This document shows, piece by piece, positions 1 through 9,699 of a stretch of DNA of 64,000 bases (positions within the stretch are counted from its first letter, which is position 1; each line of letters begins with the position of its first letter). The notes below the pieces were generated by a model. It did no database searches. It saw nothing but the letters and a program-made list of their open reading frames with translations, and had not been told where the DNA came from. Source of the DNA: Bdellovibrio sp. (GTDB lineage: Bacteria > Bdellovibrionota > Bdellovibrionia > Bdellovibrionales > Bdellovibrionaceae); the NCBI GenBank assembly GCA_036677065.1, contig JAKFBS010000001.1:1-64000 (forward strand), in the 5' to 3' direction. Made by a program: the position numbers and the translations under genes.

Positions 1-369
1 CGTTCATATGATATTTCAGTGATGACGGTGATGTCGTTTGTACGTCTATTTCAAGGCGAAGTATCACATAAAAACATCGGGGGTATGATCTCAATCGGTA
101 AAGCCGCTAAAGATTCATACGCGATGGGTTTACAGTCGTTTTTAATGACGATGGGAATCTTATCAATCAGCTTATTTATTTTAAATTTATTACCGGTTCC
201 GGTTTTAGATGGCGGACACTTAGTGTTTTATGCTATTGAAATCGTGAAAGGTTCACCATTAAGTGGCAGAAAATTAGAGATCGCCCACCAAATCGGTTTT
301 GCCCTGTTAATGGGTTTAATGGTGTTGGCGTTATTTAACGACTTCACTAAATTTATTTTTAAAACGTAA
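1..369 (+). CDS. rseP: RIP metalloprotease RseP, C-terminal part (5' truncated by window)
   Basis: NLLPVPVLDGGHL motif and C-terminal 'ALFND'; frame open to position 1. Confidence 0.93.
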   Translation, partial: RSYDISVMTVMSFVRLFQGEVSHKNIGGMISIGKAAKDSYAMGLQSFLMTMGILSISLFILNLLPVPVLDGGHLVFYAIEIVKGSPLSGRKLEIAHQIGFALLMGLMVLALFNDFTKFIFKT

Positions 370-372
370 TCT

Positions 373-1077
373 ATGGTTATATTATCCAGCGACACCAGCA
401 CTTTACTTGGAAGTGTGGCCATCCATAAAGATGGCCAGCTTCTGGTTGAAAAATCGTTGATGCGCCAAGGATCTCACTCTGATGCTTTGAATAACCTCGT
501 CAAAGACTGTCTTGAACAAGCCAAGCTTACTTTAAATGATGTCGATGTTTTTGCCACTGGACTTGGGCCTGGTAGCTTTACTGGTATTCGCATTAGCTTT
601 AACACGATGAAAACTTTTTCGCAGGCTTTTGCTAAACCAATGGCTGGGGTTGATAGCCTAAAAAGCTTAGCTTATCTCAATCGACACGGCGCTAAAGAAA
701 TTTGTTGCGCGATTAATGCCTTTAAAAACATGGTTTACATCGCGACTTATAAAATTGAGTCCAAAATCGACGGTGATTCCATTATTGAAACCAGACCACC
801 ACAAGTTGTGCGCGTTCAAGAATTACACAATTTCTTAACAACACCGATTTTATTTGTTGGTGATGGTTACGCCGCTTACGAAAATTATTTGCAAAAACAC
901 TGTGGTGAAAAATTAATTCGTCACGAAAAAATTCACGACTATCCGACAGCGGTTGCAGTGGGTCACCTTGCGAGTCTAGAAAATAAATTTTTTCACTGGT
1001 CACAACTTTTACCTCTTTATTTAAGAGCGTCCGAAGCCGAAGAGAACCTCAGCGGAATAAAGTATCAACCTCTGTAG
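373..1077 (+). CDS. tsaB: tRNA threonylcarbamoyladenosine biosynthesis protein TsaB
   Basis: DTST N-terminus, GPGSFTGIRI, C-terminal PLYLR..EAE. Confidence 0.93.
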   Translation: MVILSSDTSTLLGSVAIHKDGQLLVEKSLMRQGSHSDALNNLVKDCLEQAKLTLNDVDVFATGLGPGSFTGIRISFNTMKTFSQAFAKPMAGVDSLKSLAYLNRHGAKEICCAINAFKNMVYIATYKIESKIDGDSIIETRPPQVVRVQELHNFLTTPILFVGDGYAAYENYLQKHCGEKLIRHEKIHDYPTAVAVGHLASLENKFFHWSQLLPLYLRASEAEENLSGIKYQPL

Positions 1078-1095
1078 TATCTTCGGGAGTTCAGC

Positions 1096-1866
1096 ATGTC
1101 GGAAATTTGGTGTGTCGCTAGCGGAAAAGGTGGCGTTGGAAAAACGTTCGTCGCCTCAGGCCTGGGAATCAGTTTAGCAAAATTAAGAAAAAAAGTTTTG
1201 TTGGTGGATTTCGATATTTCGGGTGCAAATCTTCACACCGTTTTAGGATTAAAAGACTTTAAAAAATCAATCGTTGATGGCTTAAATGCAAATTCTAATG
1301 GCGCAGATATGGTAATGCGTTCAAGTTTTCCGAACTTAGATTTTATTCCTGGTTTTATCGTGCCGCAATTAGGCCAAGAACTTTGCACTTTTAAAGTCGA
1401 TGCTTTGTTACAGCAGCTTAAAAGTTTGAAATATGATGTAATTATTTTCGATTTAGGCCCTGGTGCGCAAAAAGCTAATTTTAGTTTAATGAATTACGCT
1501 GACCGTAATTTTGTGATTACAAACTGTGAACCGACATCGATTGAAAAAACATATTCATTTATCGAGCAGTACATCGCGGGCGATTACCCTGCGAAAAATT
1601 TACATATTTTGGTGAATTTTTGCCGTTCGCAGCAACATCAAACCCTAGGAAAATCATTTGAATCCGTTTTGTTCAAAAAGCATGACGTGAATGTGAAATA
1701 TTCAGCAGGCATCCGTTTTGATAACGCTGTGTGGCAGTCGACTTTTATGGCGTCTTCAAATTTGCAAAATGTTTTTGCATTGATGCCGTATTCCGAAGTC
1801 TGTCATGATTTTTACAAAATCTGCAAACAATTGATTGATCCAAGTGATCTACGGGCCGTATCATAA
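1096..1866 (+). CDS. MinD/FlhG-family P-loop ATPase
   Basis: Deviant Walker A SGKGGVGKT, D-D-GANLH, DLGPG, EPTSIE. Confidence 0.85.
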   Translation: MSEIWCVASGKGGVGKTFVASGLGISLAKLRKKVLLVDFDISGANLHTVLGLKDFKKSIVDGLNANSNGADMVMRSSFPNLDFIPGFIVPQLGQELCTFKVDALLQQLKSLKYDVIIFDLGPGAQKANFSLMNYADRNFVITNCEPTSIEKTYSFIEQYIAGDYPAKNLHILVNFCRSQQHQTLGKSFESVLFKKHDVNVKYSAGIRFDNAVWQSTFMASSNLQNVFALMPYSEVCHDFYKICKQLIDPSDLRAVS

Positions 1867-1872
1867 TTTAAG

Positions 1873-2538
1873 ATGAGCACAGATTCTAAAAATAATTATT
1901 ACGAAATTCTGGAAGTTGCCAACACAGCAACTCAACATGAAATCACCGTAGCCTACGAAAAAGCTAAAAGAACCTATTCTGCTCAAAATGCGGCTTTGTA
2001 CAGTGTCTTCACTGAAGCTGAAGCGTCTGCATTACGCGATTTAATCGAAGAAGCTTATTCGGTTCTAAGTAATCAGAATTACCGCAATATTTACGAAAAA
2101 CGTCTGTTATCAAAATCTTATTCTGCTTCAGATTTATCTTTAGATGCTGTTAAAAAAGCCAGCACTGAATTATTCAACGAAAACAGTTTACTCCAAGCTG
2201 CTCCCACTGAAATTACTGAAAACGAAAAGCCTTCTTACGAAAAAAATCAGACTTTAGAGTCTGAGATCGAAACTTGTAATGAATGGGATGGCGATTTCTT
2301 AAAAAAAGTGCGCGAATACAAGCAGTACTCTCTAGAATTATTGCATGAAAAAACCAAAGTAAACCCTTGGTATTTGTCAGCGCTTGAGAAAATGGAGCCA
2401 CAAAACCTACCAGCACCGGTATTTGTTCGTGGTTACGTTACTCAATTTGCAAAAACATTAGGTTTAAACGAGAAACAAGTTGCTGAATCGTACATGAAAA
2501 TCTACAAGTCTAAACTTGAGCAAACAAAAACAAAATAA
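1873..2538 (+). CDS. J-domain-like (no HPD) plus RodZ-type HTH protein
   Basis: NYYEILEV...EEAYSVLS J-like fold lacking HPD; C-terminal LPAPVFVRGYV HTH_25-like motif. Confidence 0.75.
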   Translation: MSTDSKNNYYEILEVANTATQHEITVAYEKAKRTYSAQNAALYSVFTEAEASALRDLIEEAYSVLSNQNYRNIYEKRLLSKSYSASDLSLDAVKKASTELFNENSLLQAAPTEITENEKPSYEKNQTLESEIETCNEWDGDFLKKVREYKQYSLELLHEKTKVNPWYLSALEKMEPQNLPAPVFVRGYVTQFAKTLGLNEKQVAESYMKIYKSKLEQTKTK

Positions 2539-3505
2539 AATTACCTTTCCAGTTCCCACTCAATACGCCGGCCTAAGACTTGATAAAGTTTTAGTCGATG
2601 AAGAATCGTTCAAAGAGGTTATCTCTACGCGCAGTTATGCGCAGAACATGATTGAGAAAGGATACATCAGTATTAACGGCGAACGCACCAAAGCTTCGTA
2701 CGCACTTAAAGCATCAGACATTATTGATATTATTATTCCCGAAGTAAAACCGACTGAACTGGTTCCTTACGATTTAAAATTAGATATCATTTTCGAAGAC
2801 GATGATTTGATCGTTATTAATAAGCCTGCAGGCTTAGTTGTGCATCCTTCGGCAGGACACGAACAAAATACGTTAGTGAATGCTCTTTTACACCACACAA
2901 AAAATCTTTCGATGAAAAACGAAGAGCGCCCAGGTATTGTTCACCGTATCGACAAAGAAACTAGTGGTTTATTAGTTGTAGCTAAAAATGATAAGGCCCA
3001 CGAACATTTATCTCTTCAATTTAAAAACAAAACTACACATAGAATTTATTATGCTGTTGTTGAAGGCCGTCCACGTTTAGGCAAAGCAACTATCAGTAGT
3101 TACTTAGCCCGTCATCCGAATGATCGCAAAAAATTTGCCTCTGTTCGAATTAACAATCGCGTTTTGACTGAATTCGAAGAAGGTTTTGAAAAAGGCAAAT
3201 GGGCTGTTACGCACTATCAAACTATTCAAAGCTCGCAATCCAAATCATTAGTGCGCGTGCAACTTGAAACCGGACGCACCCACCAAATTCGCGTGCATAT
3301 GTCTGAAATGGGTCACACGTTAGTTGGTGACATGACTTATGGATTCTCTGCGAAAAAAGCTAAAGAGTTAGGTATTACAAGATTTTACCTACATGCGGCC
3401 GAACTTGGATTTATTCACCCGAAAACTAAAGAGCCTATGAAGTTTTTAATTGATTGGCCACGCGCTGATTTCGAAAAAATTAAATCCTGGGGTTTTATCT
3501 TATGA
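2516..3505 (+). CDS. rluD: RluA/RluD family 23S rRNA pseudouridine synthase
   Basis: S4 domain RLDK, NKPAGLVVHP, HRIDKETSGL, TGRTHQIRVH. Confidence 0.92.
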   Translation: MSKQKQNKITFPVPTQYAGLRLDKVLVDEESFKEVISTRSYAQNMIEKGYISINGERTKASYALKASDIIDIIIPEVKPTELVPYDLKLDIIFEDDDLIVINKPAGLVVHPSAGHEQNTLVNALLHHTKNLSMKNEERPGIVHRIDKETSGLLVVAKNDKAHEHLSLQFKNKTTHRIYYAVVEGRPRLGKATISSYLARHPNDRKKFASVRINNRVLTEFEEGFEKGKWAVTHYQTIQSSQSKSLVRVQLETGRTHQIRVHMSEMGHTLVGDMTYGFSAKKAKELGITRFYLHAAELGFIHPKTKEPMKFLIDWPRADFEKIKSWGFIL

Positions 3506-4179
3506 GTTTTACTGAAACCGATTTAGGTTTTATTAAAGAACAAGATCAACATCTTATTTTTTTCGGTAAAAATTCAGCAACTTTAGATCAATTAAAACAA
3601 GCTTATCCCGATTTAACTTTTCGCAGTGTTCAGCAAAAACACACTGACATTTGTGTGCCGTCAGCTGCGACGAGCAATGACACGATTGCAGATGCGCACT
3701 TTACTACTGAAAATAAAATTGCTTTAGTTGTAAAAACCGCCGATTGCCAGCCGATCTTAGCGTATAATAAAAGTAAAAATTTAATATTAGCAATTCATGC
3801 TGGTTGGCGCGGAGTAGAAAATCAAATCACTTCAAAATCATTGCTACAATGCGGATTACAACAAGCTAATATTTTTATCGGACCATGCATTCAACAAGAA
3901 AGTTTTGAAGTCGATTTAGATGTAAAAGACCTCTTAGAAGAAATTTGTAAAATTGATCCCATTTCTGCCGATTTTAAAAAAATATTTATCCAAAAAAGTA
4001 TTAAATATCATATTGATCTAACCAAGATCGTAATCGCTGATATCAAAGCAGGGGGCGTCGATGCGGCGATTTCATTATTACCTTTTGACACAGTCACTGA
4101 TCTAAGATTTCATTCATACCGCCGCGATAAACTGAATAGTGGCCGTAATCTCAGCTTCATTGCCCGACTTAAGTCTTAA
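3502..4179 (+). CDS. pgeF: YfiH/PgeF laccase-domain (purine nucleoside phosphorylase-like) protein
   Basis: TADCQPI, AIHAGWRG, IGPCI, FHSYRRD; follows rluD as usual. Confidence 0.88.
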   Translation: MSFTETDLGFIKEQDQHLIFFGKNSATLDQLKQAYPDLTFRSVQQKHTDICVPSAATSNDTIADAHFTTENKIALVVKTADCQPILAYNKSKNLILAIHAGWRGVENQITSKSLLQCGLQQANIFIGPCIQQESFEVDLDVKDLLEEICKIDPISADFKKIFIQKSIKYHIDLTKIVIADIKAGGVDAAISLLPFDTVTDLRFHSYRRDKLNSGRNLSFIARLKS

Positions 4180-4233
4180 GACTTTTTCGAACCTAGTCTT
4201 TCAATTTATAGAGTGTTTGCAGATACTAAAAGT

Positions 4234-5691
4234 ATGAAAAAACTCATTCTTTTAGTTAGCGTTCTGATGTCGGCGTGTGCCTCGTTTAATAACTTAGACC
4301 GTCTTCCGACAAATGCAGGCCAATGTGCGATTTCTGATAAGAATCCCCCGCTTTTTAACGTGCTTCAAGCCACTTCAGATCGCATTGTTATTCGCTTAGA
4401 TAATTTTGAAAAATATTTTAATTTAGGATCTTCAGATTACGATTTCAAGGTAACGTACTCTGAAACTAAAATTTTAGATCGCGAAGGCAAAAAAGCTATT
4501 ATCAATCACGAAGTGATGGATGGATCAGTCGATCGCGAACCATACACTTTACAAATACCGGTAAATTATGGCGGTCTCTATCACGTCGAGCTTTCAAAAG
4601 ATGGAAAAATTTTTTGGAAACAAAAAGTATTCGCTCTTCACAAATCTGAAAATACAATTTCAGCGGCAGAACGTGAATCTTTGGCAGCACAGTATGCCCC
4701 GATTATAGAAATGAGCCCTGATGAAATGTATTGGCCATCTTCGTTAGAATATATTTTTAATAAAGTTGAAGTAGATCCACAAATGGCAGCCGAGCCATTT
4801 CGCTTAACGACATTAAACACAAACATCAGTAAAAATTCTTCGGGTTTAATGGGAAGCCTCTTTGGTAAAAAGTATGGCGTAAATCATGAGTTTAATTTCT
4901 CTGAAATCGACCAGATATTTCCGTACTACGGTCATGCTGAATCAGTATTAAAATCAAATTTAGCCGATGACACTCAAACTCGTCTTAGAATGCGTACCAG
5001 CAAAAATCATTTAACAATTTATTATTCAGTTTTTGAAAACAAACAATGGAATGAAATTTATATCAACTATCACATGTTTTATGCTTTCGATTCTAAAAAT
5101 GGCACGAAAGATAAGGCTGTTATGGCAGCTCATATTTTCGACCGTGAAAGTTTAACGGTTGTATTGCGTGGAACCTCTAAAAAACCACTATACACTTTCT
5201 ATGGGGCACACTTACCTTCGCAGACAATGGCGCAGCTAGATTCAAACGGTGATGTCGTGCAAAGCTGGGCCACCGGACGGGTATTTGTAAACTGGAATAA
5301 AATCATCACTGAGAATAATCGTTTAAAAGCAGTTGCTGCAAAAGGCTCACACGGAATCTATCCAATCAAAGGGCTATATGCAGTTATGGCCAACCATAAA
5401 TACCCGCTATTACTAGAACCTGCTGGTGGTGGCGAAAAACTTTATCCAGAATTTGATCCCGCGGCCAGTGCTAATGTGAAATATAAATTAAAGCCTCTAA
5501 ATCTTGATAACGTGTCTTCTGACTGTAGCAGCCCAAATCGCATGTTAGCTTTCTCGGGTTCTACCGTAGACGTATTAGGCCCAGTGAATGCGACTTTCCC
5601 GCCTTTTACTGACCGCGAAGGTGATTATAAGAATTATGCTGATCCTAATGCTCCATTATTCGATATGGATCTAGGTGCGAAAGCTAAATAA
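4234..5691 (+). CDS. Lipoprotein with Vps62/NPP1-like domain
   Basis: Lipobox-like LMSAC after MKK; LAAQYAP..E.YWP, Y.MFYAFD, H..DRE, KGSHGIYP resemble Vps62-related proteins; start moved to ATG 4234. Confidence 0.55.
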   Translation: MKKLILLVSVLMSACASFNNLDRLPTNAGQCAISDKNPPLFNVLQATSDRIVIRLDNFEKYFNLGSSDYDFKVTYSETKILDREGKKAIINHEVMDGSVDREPYTLQIPVNYGGLYHVELSKDGKIFWKQKVFALHKSENTISAAERESLAAQYAPIIEMSPDEMYWPSSLEYIFNKVEVDPQMAAEPFRLTTLNTNISKNSSGLMGSLFGKKYGVNHEFNFSEIDQIFPYYGHAESVLKSNLADDTQTRLRMRTSKNHLTIYYSVFENKQWNEIYINYHMFYAFDSKNGTKDKAVMAAHIFDRESLTVVLRGTSKKPLYTFYGAHLPSQTMAQLDSNGDVVQSWATGRVFVNWNKIITENNRLKAVAAKGSHGIYPIKGLYAVMANHKYPLLLEPAGGGEKLYPEFDPAASANVKYKLKPLNLDNVSSDCSSPNRMLAFSGSTVDVLGPVNATFPPFTDREGDYKNYADPNAPLFDMDLGAKAK

Positions 5692-6884
5692 TGTTTAGGC
5701 AAAAGAAGATCTTCACATTTATTGTTTTGTTTTCTTTTGCGCTGACTGCCCAAGCTCAATATGACTCACCCTTTGATACGGCTTCGGTTGCCCGAGGCCT
5801 TTCTAAAGTCACAACACTTAAAGATGACATGACTAAACTCAATGTGCCATCGCGCTGTCAGCCTTTTAATAAAAGTGACCCCAATACCATGGTTGCTTGT
5901 AGCGCACCTGCTGAAGATATTGATAACAGCATCATCACAAAAGTTGAATTTGAACCAGGAAAAATCGATCCGCGTTTAAATGATGTGATTCCAGAAGAAT
6001 TTCGTAAAGATACTAAAGATAAAAAAACAGCCTGTATCATTCGCTTTAAAATGATGAACGACAATAAAGAAATGATCGGAATGAACCAAGAACAAGGCAG
6101 CGGCGACGATGTCGGACGCACCCACTCTTTAGGTTTAAGTGTTAGCTGTACTTCAGACGACGGGCTGTCAAAAACTTTTTCTTACGATACAGAGCTGTAC
6201 ACGAATCCGCAAATGGCTAACGGTAAGTATGTTCGCGATTCTGAAAATCGCATAAAGCAAAAATTTATTTCTGAAACCGTTTTTGCTTTTGTTCAAGATA
6301 ACATTAACCAGGGTAAAGCCACTTACTGGAAGCGCGGATTTGGTTTCATCAATAAAACTGATAAAAAAACATTTGGTCCGTTATCGTCAGCGAACCAGCA
6401 GGAATGGTTTCACGCCACTCTTAACAAAATCAGTGGCGAAGGCAGCGCCGTTACTTATAATTACGAACAAGGCTCGATGAATAAGTGGGGCGGCTTTGTA
6501 ACGATGAGTGTAGGTCTGCAAGAGCACGCCAACTTAGGCAGTCGATGTCACGTAAGTCTTTCTGCTGAAACGGGTTTTCGTGCCGGAACCATTAAAGATT
6601 CATCTTACTGGAATGCTAGCGCCAATGCGCAGGTTTCTTATGACATCACTAAAGGCAATGCCATCTACTTGCGTGGTCGCTATGATGCCACCGATAGACC
6701 CGGTTCAAGCTTTGTTCGTGAACAATCAGTAGCCGTAGGCTTTCAGCGTATTAAATCAGGAACCTATGTTGAAGTGGGTACTATGAAACAGCAAGGTAAC
6801 CGCACCGATGTTCATGATATTCCGAATGTTCATACGGGTAAAAACGATTCTATGATCTTTTTACGTCTTGGCTATGGCTTCTAA
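5691..6884 (+). CDS. Outer-membrane beta-barrel, LpxR (lipid A deacylase)-like
   Basis: Signal peptide (AQA), C-terminal LRLGYGF; ND...DD.GRTH, LYT.P and Q.WFH resemble LpxR motifs; start overlaps upstream stop (TAATG). Confidence 0.5.
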   Translation: MFRQKKIFTFIVLFSFALTAQAQYDSPFDTASVARGLSKVTTLKDDMTKLNVPSRCQPFNKSDPNTMVACSAPAEDIDNSIITKVEFEPGKIDPRLNDVIPEEFRKDTKDKKTACIIRFKMMNDNKEMIGMNQEQGSGDDVGRTHSLGLSVSCTSDDGLSKTFSYDTELYTNPQMANGKYVRDSENRIKQKFISETVFAFVQDNINQGKATYWKRGFGFINKTDKKTFGPLSSANQQEWFHATLNKISGEGSAVTYNYEQGSMNKWGGFVTMSVGLQEHANLGSRCHVSLSAETGFRAGTIKDSSYWNASANAQVSYDITKGNAIYLRGRYDATDRPGSSFVREQSVAVGFQRIKSGTYVEVGTMKQQGNRTDVHDIPNVHTGKNDSMIFLRLGYGF

Positions 6885-6985
6885 CGCTGTTTCCCATATT
6901 TATTGAATCAATTACATATTGTTTTTTCACAGTGAAATCAGCTATTTTTACTCTATAGAGTTTTTTGGGATTCATGGGGTGTACA

Positions 6986-7513
6986 ATGTTAAAAAATTTA
7001 GTGATCACAGCGGCTATTTTGATTTCGACAGCAACAGTTCAAGCTTTACCAACCGCGGTGTCTGACATTTTACCGAATGGTTCAGTGGCACGCTGTAAAG
7101 AAGGTGGCGATGCTGGGTCTCGCGCATTTCGTTTAACTATTAAAGATTTGTCAGCGGCTTCATTAACTTTACAAGTAGACACCTTAGTGTGCCTTCGCCT
7201 TGAAGGAAAAATGACTTTAGTTCATTACGCTTTATCTGAAAAACAAGTTTATAAAAATAACGGTCATGTTATTAGTTATGAATATGGTAACGCCAGTTTA
7301 GCAGTTATGAACACAGATGCGACTCATTTATTTGACCGCATAAATTTAGATTCAACTAAATTTACTCAAGATGTCACTTTGAATATTCAAGCATTACCAT
7401 CTCATGTTTTTGATGTGGGCTTACAAATGTTAGAAGTCATCAAAATCGATGATAAAATCGTTGATCAAGGCATGAAAGCCAGCGGTTCATACCGTATTAA
7501 CCTAAAAGATTAA
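6986..7513 (+). CDS. Secreted hypothetical protein
   Basis: Signal peptide MLKNLVITAAILISTATVQA; GGGG SD before ATG 6986. Confidence 0.7.
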   Translation: MLKNLVITAAILISTATVQALPTAVSDILPNGSVARCKEGGDAGSRAFRLTIKDLSAASLTLQVDTLVCLRLEGKMTLVHYALSEKQVYKNNGHVISYEYGNASLAVMNTDATHLFDRINLDSTKFTQDVTLNIQALPSHVFDVGLQMLEVIKIDDKIVDQGMKASGSYRINLKD

Positions 7514-7923
7514 TTATTAGATTTTACGCCAGAACTTCCGCCCGTTGTTCCAGTTCTAACGGCAATCGGATTAACACAAGTATTTGCAACAACCTGATCG
7601 TTTTCTAAATATGAACAGCGATGTGCTGTTGTGCGCGGAATACACTCTGCACGCTCAGGTTCCGGATCAACCTGCGCACTGACTTGATAATCATTAGGAT
7701 CGTCTCCTAAGACAGAACTTGGCAAAACCGCGTCGTTCGTTGAAACGGCATCTTGTGTTTGTTCTATAGGTACACGTGGTGGCGTATTTGATCTGAAAAT
7801 ATTCACAAAAGCTAAACCGATCGCGGCTAATTGCATTTTAAATGAATCAAAAAATCCTGCCTGCGCAACGGGTGCTTGCAATAATGACAATGAAAACAAC
7901 ACGACCATAATTTTCTTATTCAT
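7510..7923 (-). CDS. Secreted hypothetical protein
   Basis: GGAG SD, ATG 7923 overlapping the YD gene end, signal peptide ending AQA. Confidence 0.65.
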   Translation of the reverse strand: MNKKIMVVLFSLSLLQAPVAQAGFFDSFKMQLAAIGLAFVNIFRSNTPPRVPIEQTQDAVSTNDAVLPSSVLGDDPNDYQVSAQVDPEPERAECIPRTTAHRCSYLENDQVVANTCVNPIAVRTGTTGGSSGVKSNN

Positions 7924-9193
7924 TGTTTGCTCCATTTTTTGCCAGTAAAAACTCTGTGAACAAATCAAAAGCCGCATAACCAGAATTTTTACGCTTCGAC
8001 TCAGAAGATTCCATCGCATCTAGTTTGCCGTTTTTATATTTGAAAACTACTTTACCGCTGCCGACTAATTCTAATTCAACTAACCGTTGATGTTTATATT
8101 TTGTGTTGATTGTTTTTTTGCGTTTATTCGCTAATCGGGTTTGTTTAATCTGAGTGATGTTTCCCAAAGAATCTTCAATATAATCCCAACGCACGCCTTT
8201 AGCCGTTATTGTTTGCCAACCTTTAGAAGTTTTAATCATGTTGCCATTGATACTAGCTGACACACGAAATAGAGCATCTTTATCCATACGGTGCTTTTGA
8301 AACAATGGCGAACTCGCAGAAGTAAATTCTTGAATCGTTTTTTCACAAATATTTTTAACAGTCGATTTCAGCGATGCAGTGTTTACATCCATGAAATATG
8401 AAAAATCAAAACCGCAGTTGTTTGGATCACTGACTTTACTGACAACATCCAGTTTTGAATCATAAGTTACAGTATACTTTTCACCACCTGGAACCGTAAA
8501 TCCATTTACACGACCTTTTGAGTCGTAAGAATAAGTTAATTTTTTATTCCAGGCGTTTTCAACGCTCACTAGGTTGTTATCTTTGTCATATCTATACATG
8601 ACTTGAATTTTTTTTGGCCCAGTTATTTTTTCTAAAACTTTTTCAGTTTTTGCAAAAGTAAAAAAATAGTGATCAGTACCATTGTGAACAATACGATCAA
8701 TCATGTTGTGCTTGTTAAAATAAATGCGGATAAATGGCTTTTCAGGATTATTCTTGCGAGAAATTAAACTTAACTGGCCTTGTTCATTGTAAACAATAAT
8801 ATTTTCAGAACCGACACGCATATAACCAGAACCATTAGGAAGTTCCTGAATTATTTCTGTACCGGCATTATTGGCATAACCACCTTCTGCCTTTGAAAAA
8901 ACACTGGCTGTGGTTTGCCCGCATTTTCTGATTTCAAATCCAGAATTCGCACGCACAATCGTTTCTTCTAATTGCGAGCACCAATTGTTGCCAAACATGC
9001 CATAGCTTTTTCGTTTATGATTATATTGGCGTTGAATTTTAAATGGAGTTAAAACTTCTTTGGTGACTAGATCAATTGTGTCTAATGACAGCTCACCACT
9101 GATTGGATTTACTTCTGCAAAAGACGTAAACCCTACGAATAAGATTATTAAAGGTAATATTTTCTTCACTCTTATTATTTTAAACTTGTTCAA
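7916..9193 (-). CDS. Short secreted YD-repeat (RHS-like, DUF6531-type N-terminus) protein
   Basis: VNPISGEL..IDL...RQYN...GMFGNNW; repeated Y.YD..G/N.L motifs; signal peptide. Confidence 0.75.
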   Translation of the reverse strand: MNKFKIIRVKKILPLIILFVGFTSFAEVNPISGELSLDTIDLVTKEVLTPFKIQRQYNHKRKSYGMFGNNWCSQLEETIVRANSGFEIRKCGQTTASVFSKAEGGYANNAGTEIIQELPNGSGYMRVGSENIIVYNEQGQLSLISRKNNPEKPFIRIYFNKHNMIDRIVHNGTDHYFFTFAKTEKVLEKITGPKKIQVMYRYDKDNNLVSVENAWNKKLTYSYDSKGRVNGFTVPGGEKYTVTYDSKLDVVSKVSDPNNCGFDFSYFMDVNTASLKSTVKNICEKTIQEFTSASSPLFQKHRMDKDALFRVSASINGNMIKTSKGWQTITAKGVRWDYIEDSLGNITQIKQTRLANKRKKTINTKYKHQRLVELELVGSGKVVFKYKNGKLDAMESSESKRKNSGYAAFDLFTEFLLAKNGANNE

Positions 9194-9291
9194 AAATATT
9201 GATAGAGCTACGGGATATTCTGTTCATTTCTGGTCCGATGTCGAGCCTTGGATTTGTTCTCTTTTGCAGTGATTAATGTAAAATTAAAAAC

Positions 9292-9699
9292 ATGAAAATA
9301 CTTATCGGAATTTTATTAGTGTTAACTGCAGTAAATGCCCATGCTGAATCAACAGCTGATTGTGGAAGCGCAAAATTAAATTACAAAAATGGCAAAGTAG
9401 CTGTTTCTGAAGAAGTTGAAGTTTGTAAAAATGAATACAGTCAGTTTTATGCTAAAAAATGCGCCGATGGTTGTGAATTTACAAAAGCTTTAAAAAAACA
9501 AAACGATATCGAATTAGAAGATTCAACTGTCGGCAGCCCTGGCGGACAAATTTGCCAACAGCTGGGCTTTGAATCTCGTTTAGTCGAAGTAGAATTTAAA
9601 AAAATTAAAACCCCGCACATTGATTTGTGTTTTGGTGATGACACGGACTCATTTGTCTCTTCAGGATTTTTACGTGATTTACAAGGCAGTCTTGAATGA
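9292..9699 (+). CDS. Secreted Cys-containing small protein
   Basis: Signal peptide AHA; six Cys; GSPGGQIC motif. Confidence 0.7.
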   Translation: MKILIGILLVLTAVNAHAESTADCGSAKLNYKNGKVAVSEEVEVCKNEYSQFYAKKCADGCEFTKALKKQNDIELEDSTVGSPGGQICQQLGFESRLVEVEFKKIKTPHIDLCFGDDTDSFVSSGFLRDLQGSLE

